Source: a virus (Duplodnaviria; Caudoviricetes). Taken from it: 38,061 nt of DNA. Made by a program: the position numbers and the translations under genes. Shown here piece by piece: positions 1 through 6,355 of this stretch (its first letter is position 1; each line of letters opens with the position of its first letter). The notes under the pieces are model-generated. The model saw only the letters and a program-made list of their open reading frames with translations, did no database searches and was not told where the DNA came from. The stretch lies in IMG/VR virus record IMGVR_UViG_3300009442_000015, positions 1-38,061 of that record. The stretch is one strand, 5' to 3'.

Positions 1-1
1 A

Positions 2-1387
2 GGTAGAATATCATCAATACAAGGTTCAGCAACTAATAGTGGACAGATAAATTTTATGACATCTGATGCAGGTACTCTAGCAGAAAGAATGCGCATCACT
101 AGCGCAGGCAACGTAGGAATTGGGACTACTTCTCCTGACACAAAGCTTGAATTATTGTCTACGGCAGCAAGCTCAGATAGAACAATACCTCATAATGTTT
201 TAACTATAACCGCAGAAAATGCAAACCTTCCATACACTGGGTTTGGTGGAAGTATAATTTTCAAGAATAGAAGTTATTCCTATGGTTTACTTAATTCTGC
301 TAGAATACGTAGTGTAATTGATTCTGATTCTTCTTCTAACAGAGGTGCTGGCCTTGCTTTTGATGTTACTAATTCAAGTCAAACGTATAACACATCTTTG
401 TTTTTAAAATATGATGGCAACGTAGGAATTGGGCAAGACACACCATCAAATTCATTAGACGTATATAGAGCTACAGGCGATGCATCTATAAGAATACAAG
501 CAGAAACAGCAGCTAATTCTACTATATTAAAATTTAGAAACAGTAACGCAGACGCAGATATAACTGTTGATTATACAACAAGTAACCAAGCAAGAATGGT
601 TTTTACCACAGATAATTCTGGTGGTTATGTACCTGTTTTAAGTCTTGAGGCAAATAGGGACACTTTAATGTATGGCAACGTAGGAATTGGGACTACTGCT
701 CCTGCTGAATTGCTTAATGTAAATAAAGAAAATGCAGAAAGTGTTGTTTTAATATCAAGAGGGGGAAATAACGTGAGTACTTCAACTGATATAGGTAAAA
801 TTAAATTTTCCGCAGATTATAATGGTAGTATAGTAGAATACGGAAATATAAAAACATATTCAAATAGTCTTTCGGCTGTCAGAGGTTCTATGGATTTTAA
901 TGTAAAATCTACTGCTGGAAATATAATAACTGGAATGACTGTTTATGGAACAAGTTCAGGTGTTAATGTTGGAATTGGGACTGATTCTCCTACAAGACAA
1001 CTTCAAATAAATAATAGTGCTGCAGCAGCAACTTCATTACGATTAACAAATGGAGCAGCAAGTATTTCTACTGGTGGAGACTTTGGTTTATCATCAGGAG
1101 GTGACTTAGCAGTTTGGCATAATGATAATTTAGGTATTCTATTTGGCACAAATAATACAGAAAGAATGCGCATTGACAATGCAGGCAACGTAGGTATTGG
1201 GACTACTAACCCAGGTCATAAACTTGCTGTTAATGGTACTTTTAAATATGGTTCTGCATTAGAACAAGCAGGAGCAGTATCTGGTAGTGAACCAGAAAAT
1301 GCACCAGATTTTACACCAGATGCGTACTTAGATATTAAAGTTGACGGAACAGATTATTTAATACCTTTATTTACAAAACAAACCTAA
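2..1387 (+). CDS. Tail/virion fibre protein with GNVGIG repeats (5'-truncated)
   Basis: Frame is open from base 2 (GRISSIQGSATNSGQINFM...), so the real start lies upstream of the window. Five G/VNVGIG(T) repeats, two ERMRI motifs and beta-rich Ser/Thr/Gly/Asn modules between them. Confidence 0.8.
   Translation, partial: GRISSIQGSATNSGQINFMTSDAGTLAERMRITSAGNVGIGTTSPDTKLELLSTAASSDRTIPHNVLTITAENANLPYTGFGGSIIFKNRSYSYGLLNSARIRSVIDSDSSSNRGAGLAFDVTNSSQTYNTSLFLKYDGNVGIGQDTPSNSLDVYRATGDASIRIQAETAANSTILKFRNSNADADITVDYTTSNQARMVFTTDNSGGYVPVLSLEANRDTLMYGNVGIGTTAPAELLNVNKENAESVVLISRGGNNVSTSTDIGKIKFSADYNGSIVEYGNIKTYSNSLSAVRGSMDFNVKSTAGNIITGMTVYGTSSGVNVGIGTDSPTRQLQINNSAAAATSLRLTNGAASISTGGDFGLSSGGDLAVWHNDNLGILFGTNNTERMRIDNAGNVGIGTTNPGHKLAVNGTFKYGSALEQAGAVSGSEPENAPDFTPDAYLDIKVDGTDYLIPLFTKQT
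107..1207 (+). repeat. Dispersed 24-nt repeat GGCAACGTAGGAATTGGGACTACT in the fibre gene
   Basis: Exact copies at 107-130 and 674-697, an 18-nt copy at 416-433, a 12-nt core at 971-982 and a 1-mismatch copy at 1184-1207. CAGAAAGAATGCGCAT occurs at 81-96 and 1158-1173. Confidence 0.95.
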
Positions 1388-1527
1388 TGATAATGCAAAA
1401 AGCAACACCTGAGCTTATAGCTGAAATAAAAAAGTCAGGTAAAAAAATAATTAAAATGAGTCTTGAAGATTTTCAATTATCTTTAGGCAGAATATCAACA
1501 TCAAAACCAAAAACAATAAATAAATAA
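1387..1527 (+). CDS. Small basic hypothetical protein, 46 aa (MIMQKATPELIAEIKKSGKK...)
   Basis: ATG overlaps the fibre stop (TAATG) and the ORF fills the gap to the next gene. Not in the ORF track. Confidence 0.55.
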   Translation: MIMQKATPELIAEIKKSGKKIIKMSLEDFQLSLGRISTSKPKTINK

Positions 1528-1530
1528 ATT

Positions 1531-1899
1531 ATGGCAACAACATATGATTGGAATTGCAGAACAGTAGACTGTTACCCTACTGACGGAGAATACACAGATG
1601 TTGTGTATAACGTGCATTGGATAGTAACAGGAACATCTGATACTTTAGACCCAGAGGGTAACGCTTATACAGCAACAAGTATTGGCACAGAGACAATAAG
1701 CACTAGTGATCTTTCTGGGTTTACACCTTTTGCTGATCTTACAAACGCTGATGTAGTCGCTTGGACTAAAGCAGCTATGGGAGCAGAGCAAGTAACTCAA
1801 TTGGAAACAAATCTTGATAGTCAAATAGCTTTAGAGATTACACCTGTTTCAGTAACACTTACTATTGGTGAGCCTGTACCACCCGCTGAAGGAGAATAA
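1531..1899 (+). CDS. Phage protein, probably fibre-associated (assembly chaperone or distal adaptor)
   Basis: 122 aa, acidic, motifs VVYNVHW and FTPFADLT..V..W; directly downstream of the fibre gene. Confidence 0.55.
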   Translation: MATTYDWNCRTVDCYPTDGEYTDVVYNVHWIVTGTSDTLDPEGNAYTATSIGTETISTSDLSGFTPFADLTNADVVAWTKAAMGAEQVTQLETNLDSQIALEITPVSVTLTIGEPVPPAEGE

Positions 1900-1950
1900 G
1901 TAAATAGTTTGTATATTTACGCCCTTGTTTAATTAATAAAATAAAATTCA

Positions 1951-2199
1951 ATGTCGCAAGATAGTAAAATCACACAAGAAGAGTTAGCTAAGGTTACAGA
2001 ACTTAACTCTAAGATGGTTCAGATTCAAGGAGAAATTGGAGCTGGAGAACTTCGTAAAGCCGATTTAGTAGCAATGTTTGCTAAAGAATCTGAGCAAATG
2101 GAAGTTATTAAAAAAGAACTAGAAGAAACATACGGGAAAGTCAATATTGACCTAAAAGATGGTTCGTATGAGTTGATTCCCGAAGAAGAGAAAGAGTAA
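1951..2199 (+). CDS. Small acidic coiled-coil phage protein
   Basis: 82 aa, helical heptads followed by YGKVNIDLKDG; A-rich start context. Confidence 0.6.
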   Translation: MSQDSKITQEELAKVTELNSKMVQIQGEIGAGELRKADLVAMFAKESEQMEVIKKELEETYGKVNIDLKDGSYELIPEEEKE

Positions 2200-2218
2200 A
2201 TTATTTATAATTCATAGC

Positions 2219-2653
2219 ATGGCAAAGATTAGCACGTATAACATAACAGTTCCAACAGCCAACGATGTAATCATAGGCACAGACGTTGAGAACACCAACA
2301 TAACTAAGAACTTTACGGCTCTTAGTGTCGCTAATCTTTCTGCCGCTTATACTCTTCAAAATGTTTTAACACAAGGGAGTGTTGCAACGTCCAACATGAC
2401 CTTAACTGGTAATCTTTCGATTACTGGGAACACCACGCTAACAGGGCCCGTTGTTGTTGCAGGTACATTGCGTGTTAACAGCGCGGGCACTCAGCCTGCT
2501 GATGGGACTGCCGTTGATCCCTCGGCTCAACCTACGATACCTATTGTAGGTAGTGGTAAGAGTTCGACTAGATACTTATCAGAGCCCGACGCGTGGCTTA
2601 AGGTAAATATTGGAGGAACTGAATATGTATTTGCTGGTTATATCCCAGGATAA
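2219..2653 (+). CDS. Short fibre-like structural protein
   Basis: 144 aa, Thr/Gly/Val rich; C-terminus PDAWLKVNIGGTEY resembles the fibre C-terminus PDAYLDIKVDGTDY. Confidence 0.55.
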   Translation: MAKISTYNITVPTANDVIIGTDVENTNITKNFTALSVANLSAAYTLQNVLTQGSVATSNMTLTGNLSITGNTTLTGPVVVAGTLRVNSAGTQPADGTAVDPSAQPTIPIVGSGKSSTRYLSEPDAWLKVNIGGTEYVFAGYIPG

Positions 2654-2664
2654 AATATACTTTA

Positions 2665-2889
2665 ATGGACATTAGAAAATTATCCGTTGGCGCGGACTAC
2701 AAGTCGGGCGCAATGCATTACATCGTTTCACAAGACATCCTTGGGGGGTCTCATAAAATCCACCTTATTCAACAAGATAAGTCTAGTGGAGACATAAAAA
2801 TTTGGGTAGAAAGCAATGATGAAGTTATTCTTTGGAAACAATTCAATGCGAATATGCCTTTTTCTATAGAGTATAACATTAATTTTTAA
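2665..2889 (+). CDS. Hypothetical phage protein, 74 aa
   Basis: Clean ORF, tightly packed in the operon. Confidence 0.65.
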   Translation: MDIRKLSVGADYKSGAMHYIVSQDILGGSHKIHLIQQDKSSGDIKIWVESNDEVILWKQFNANMPFSIEYNINF

Positions 2890-2895
2890 GTAGGC

Positions 2896-2997
2896 ATGTC
2901 GCAAGATTTTGATAATTGGGTAGAAGAGTTAGAGGAAAAAGAAGTTTCTGAATCGTGTAGTATTGATGACCCTGAATGTGAAAATTGTGGTTCATGA
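2896..2997 (+). CDS. 33-aa acidic Cys peptide MSQDFDNWVEELEEKEVSESCSIDDPECENCGS (RNR-alpha C-terminal-tail-like)
   Basis: Fills the gap exactly and its stop overlaps the next start (ATGA at 2994-2997). Ends in C-S-I-D-D-P-E-C-x-x-C-G-S. Confidence 0.75.
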   Translation: MSQDFDNWVEELEEKEVSESCSIDDPECENCGS

Positions 2998-3557
2998 AGT
3001 CTCCACATTCTTTTATTATAAAACCAGTAAAAGGAAGGCGCTATGACAATATTAAGAAAATTGGTGATGTGGATTTCATCACGAGCTCTTCAAAAGAAGA
3101 CCATAAAGTATCTAATAGATTTGCTGAAGTAATAGAAGTTCCTATTGGTTATAAAGGGGACATTAAGAGTGGTGATGTTCTTTTGGTTCATCATAATGTT
3201 TTTAAGTATTACAACGATATGCGGGGCCGAGAAAGGAGTAGTCATAACTTCTGGAAGGACGACATATTCTTTGTCGATTTTAATCAGTTTTTTCTATATC
3301 ACAATGGTGTCGGATGGAATACCACGGGCAAGTATTGCTTTATAAAACCCTCAGAGACTAAAGACTACTATTTAAATAAGTTTACTGAGGAGGAGCCTCT
3401 TGTCGGGACGATACGTTATATTACCAGAAAGCTACAAAATATAGGGCTAAAAGAGGGTGACGAGATAGCCTACACGCCTGATAGTGAATATGAATTTACC
3501 GTAGAAGGAGAAAAGCTTTATCGAGTAAATAGTGAAAACATTTGTATATTGCTTTGA
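2994..3557 (+). CDS. GroES-like co-chaperonin-fold protein (apparently two tandem domains)
   Basis: Two GroES-like patterns: FIIKP...AEVIEVP...IKSGDVLLV and CFIKP...GTIRY...LKEGDEIAY...EFTVEGEKLYRV. Start reassigned to the ATG at 2994. Confidence 0.6.
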   Translation: MKSPHSFIIKPVKGRRYDNIKKIGDVDFITSSSKEDHKVSNRFAEVIEVPIGYKGDIKSGDVLLVHHNVFKYYNDMRGRERSSHNFWKDDIFFVDFNQFFLYHNGVGWNTTGKYCFIKPSETKDYYLNKFTEEEPLVGTIRYITRKLQNIGLKEGDEIAYTPDSEYEFTVEGEKLYRVNSENICILL

Positions 3558-3603
3558 TGGACATTAATAAAATTAAATTACAGATAATTAATACAACAGA
3601 GTA

Positions 3604-3678
3604 ATGAAAGAGTTAATAATAATTACTTTGCTTGTAAGTGTGATGTTTATGTACCTCACTAATAAAGAAAAGAAATGA
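3604..3678 (+). CDS. 24-aa hydrophobic micro-protein MKELIIITLLVSVMFMYLTNKEKK
   Basis: Coupled at both ends (TAATG, ATGA); one TM-like stretch and a basic tail. Confidence 0.5.
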   Translation: MKELIIITLLVSVMFMYLTNKEKK

Positions 3679-3791
3679 CACTAAAAGATATTATTGAACT
3701 TGAGACAAAACTAACACAAATGTTTGACTCAGACTATAGAGTTGCTATGGCATTATTAGAATATATTAGAGAGCATAAGCACGAGAAATGA
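3675..3791 (+). CDS. 38-aa micro-protein MTLKDIIELETKLTQMFDSDYRVAMALLEYIREHKHEK
   Basis: ATGA-coupled at both ends; amphipathic helical pattern. Confidence 0.5.
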   Translation: MTLKDIIELETKLTQMFDSDYRVAMALLEYIREHKHEK

Positions 3792-3859
3792 AAATAACAG
3801 TTGAACATTACGATGAAAAGGTTTCTATCGAAAGTGAAAACATTTGTATATTGCTTTGA
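3788..3859 (+). CDS. 23-aa chimeric micro-ORF MKITVEHYDEKVSIE-SENICILL
   Basis: ATGA-coupled start; reads in frame into the duplicated 3' end of the GroES-like gene, and its stop overlaps the TerS ATG (TGATG). Confidence 0.4.
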   Translation: MKITVEHYDEKVSIESENICILL

Positions 3860-4131
3860 TGGACATTAATGAAATTAAATTACAGATAATAAAAGCTGGA
3901 GAAAAAGCCGTTACTCAGCTAGTTAAGGTTGCTCAAGAAGACATCATCAAGTATGACAAAGATGATGAGCTTGCGCCAGACAGGCTAAAGAATGCCGCGG
4001 CAACAAAGAAGCTTGCTATCTTCGATGCCTTTGAGATACTCTCTCGTATTGATGCCGAGCGCCAAGCGTTGGAAGCTCCAGTAAAACAGAATGAATCTAA
4101 AGGCGGTTTTGCAGAGAGAAGGGCAAAATAA
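3859..4131 (+). CDS. Putative terminase small subunit
   Basis: 90-aa helical protein immediately upstream of and overlapping TerL; start reassigned to ATG 3859 (MDINEIK). Confidence 0.6.
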   Translation: MDINEIKLQIIKAGEKAVTQLVKVAQEDIIKYDKDDELAPDRLKNAAATKKLAIFDAFEILSRIDAERQALEAPVKQNESKGGFAERRAK

Positions 4132-6355
4132 TATATACCAGATTGCGCGAGATGTAATCCCAGGCTCTGTTTTTTCTAGAAAGAACAAGGCCAAGTCTTG
4201 GGTCTATGGATATGACGAGAAGTACGATATTGTTGTCATCTCTAGAGACGGTACAATAGGAGAAATCTATAACATAGGAGGTCTATATGTAGCCTTACCA
4301 TCTCAACCTAAAAAAATATATTCTAGGAGTAAAAAAGTAGCCGATCAATACTGGCATCCTTTTGAATATCCAAAAGAGTTATCTAAGATAAAATCTATAT
4401 TTTCTTGGAACGATATGCCTGCTAACTTTAAAGATAAGTGGGTGGACTCTATAGAGGCAGAGTTTGATAACAGAGACAATGGTTTCTGGTTTATGAATAA
4501 TGGTATTCCAACCTATATGACTGGCTCTCATTATATGTATTTGCAGTGGACAAAAATTGATGTAGGCCTTCCGGACTTTAGAGAGGCAAATAGAATATTC
4601 TTTATTTTCTGGGAGGCTTGTAAGGCTGATATTCGGTCTTTTGGAATGTGCTACCTAAAGATTAGACGTTCAGGTTTTTCTTTTATGGGTTCATCAGAGA
4701 CTATAAATATTGCGACAGTGGCAAAAGACGCTAGAGTAGGAATACTCTCTAAGACGGGTGGTGATGCTAAAAAAATGTTTACAGACAAGGTGGTTCCTAT
4801 TAATAGCAATCTTCCTTTTTTCTTCAAGCCGATTATGGATGGTATGGACAAGCCAAAGACTGAGCTCGCCTATCGTGTACCCGCCTCAAAGATTACTAAA
4901 AAGAACATGATCAATGTTGAGAGCGAGGACGTTGAGGGACTAGACACTACCATAGACTGGAGGAATACTTCTGACAACAGCTATGACGGAGAAAAGCTTC
5001 AACTCTTAATTCATGATGAGTCTGGTAAGTGGATGAAGCCCGATAATATTTTAAATAATTGGAGGGTAACCAAGACTTGTTTGAGGCTAGGGTCTAAGGT
5101 TATAGGTAAGTGTATGATGGGCTCTACTTCTAACGCTTTAGACAAGGGGGGTGATAACTTTAAGAAGTTATACTATGACTCTGACCTCACTAAAAGAAAT
5201 CCTAACGGACAGACCAAGAGCGGTCTATACTCTTTGTTTGTGCCTATGGAGTGGAACTTTGAGGGGTATATTGACAGATACGGGATGCCCGTTCTGTATA
5301 GTCCCGATGCCCCCATAAAAGGCATAGACGGAGGAAAGATATCTATGGGTGCTATTGAGTATTGGGAGAATGAGGTTACATCATTAAAGTCTGATGCGGA
5401 TGCATTAAATGAGTTTTATAGGCAGTTTCCAAGAACGGAGTCTCACGCTTTTCGAGATGAGAGCAAGGCCTCAATATTTAATCTTACAAAGATATATCAG
5501 CAGATAGACTATAACGATAGTCTGATTACCGAACATTTTATTACCCGCGGTTCTTTTCATTGGAAGAACGGAGAGAAAGACACAGAGGTTGTTTGGTCTC
5601 CTGAGAAGAACGGCAGGTTTAAAGTCTCTTGGTTGCCCCCTCGGCATCTTCAAAACAAAGTAATAAAATCTAACGGAAAGTTTTTACCAGGGAACGAGCA
5701 TATTGGTTCTTTCGGTTGTGACTCTTATGATATTTCAGGCGTTGTTGGTGGTGGTGGCTCTAATGGCGCGCTACATGGAATGACAAAGTTTAATATGGAC
5801 GACGCCCCTAGCAATGAGTTTTTCTTAGAGTATGTAGCTAGGCCACAAACGGCAGAGATATTCTTTGAAGAAGTTCTAATGGCTTGTGTCTTTTACGGCA
5901 TGCCAGTGCTAGCTGAAAATAATAAACCTAGGCTCTTGTATCATTTTAAAAACAGAGGTTACAGAGGCTTTAGTATGAACAGGCCCGACAAGCGCTTTAA
6001 CAAGCTCTCTAAGACCGAAAAGGAGCTAGGCGGGATACCCAACTCGTCAGAAGATGTAAAGCAGTCTCACGCATCCGCGGTGGAGTCCTACATAGAGAAG
6101 TATGTAGGGATAGACATCGAGGGCACATATAGAGAGAGTGGTGACATGGGCTCTATGCCCTTTGCTCGGACATTAGAGGATTGGGCAAGATTTGATATTA
6201 ATAATAGAACGAAATTTGATGCCACTATTAGCTCTGGTTTAGCGTGTATGGCCAATCAAAAACACATGTATCTACCTGAGCAAAAGCAATCAAAAATAAG
6301 CGTTAACTTTGCTAGATATAATAACCGTGGCTCGTTCAGCGAACTATTACAGTAA
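4091..6355 (+). CDS. terL: Terminase large subunit
   Basis: Walker A-like KIRRSGFS, Walker B LLIHDESGKW, coupling motif GSTSN and RNase H-like nuclease motif FGCDSYD; followed by the portal gene. Confidence 0.92.
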   Translation: MNLKAVLQREGQNNIYQIARDVIPGSVFSRKNKAKSWVYGYDEKYDIVVISRDGTIGEIYNIGGLYVALPSQPKKIYSRSKKVADQYWHPFEYPKELSKIKSIFSWNDMPANFKDKWVDSIEAEFDNRDNGFWFMNNGIPTYMTGSHYMYLQWTKIDVGLPDFREANRIFFIFWEACKADIRSFGMCYLKIRRSGFSFMGSSETINIATVAKDARVGILSKTGGDAKKMFTDKVVPINSNLPFFFKPIMDGMDKPKTELAYRVPASKITKKNMINVESEDVEGLDTTIDWRNTSDNSYDGEKLQLLIHDESGKWMKPDNILNNWRVTKTCLRLGSKVIGKCMMGSTSNALDKGGDNFKKLYYDSDLTKRNPNGQTKSGLYSLFVPMEWNFEGYIDRYGMPVLYSPDAPIKGIDGGKISMGAIEYWENEVTSLKSDADALNEFYRQFPRTESHAFRDESKASIFNLTKIYQQIDYNDSLITEHFITRGSFHWKNGEKDTEVVWSPEKNGRFKVSWLPPRHLQNKVIKSNGKFLPGNEHIGSFGCDSYDISGVVGGGGSNGALHGMTKFNMDDAPSNEFFLEYVARPQTAEIFFEEVLMACVFYGMPVLAENNKPRLLYHFKNRGYRGFSMNRPDKRFNKLSKTEKELGGIPNSSEDVKQSHASAVESYIEKYVGIDIEGTYRESGDMGSMPFARTLEDWARFDINNRTKFDATISSGLACMANQKHMYLPEQKQSKISVNFARYNNRGSFSELLQ

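Larger units (their letters stand above)
3531..3890 (+). repeat. 58-bp direct repeat (3531-3588 and 3833-3890, one mismatch) flanking a 244-bp insert
   Basis: AGTGAAAACATTTGTATATTGCTTTGATGGACATTAAT[A/G]AAATTAAATTACAGATAAT occurs twice, 302 bp apart. Confidence 0.97.

Noticed and set aside
107-1207. CRISPR-like array from the 24-nt repeats
   Set aside because: Spacing is 200-300 bp and irregular, and the repeats are protein-coding.
1-1387. Diversity-generating retroelement or invertase shufflon acting on the fibre
   Set aside because: No reverse transcriptase, no TR/VR pair with adenine-specific mismatches and no site-specific recombinase in the window; the repeats are direct and in frame.
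1951-2907. Identical first 12 nt (ATGTCGCAAGAT) of the genes at 1951 and 2896
   Set aside because: Too short, and the proteins are otherwise unrelated.
3145-3345. 66-aa hydrophobic alternative-frame ORF inside the GroES-like gene
   Set aside because: Non-ATG start, and the hydrophobicity is expected from shifting a T-rich frame; no lipobox suggesting a nested spanin.
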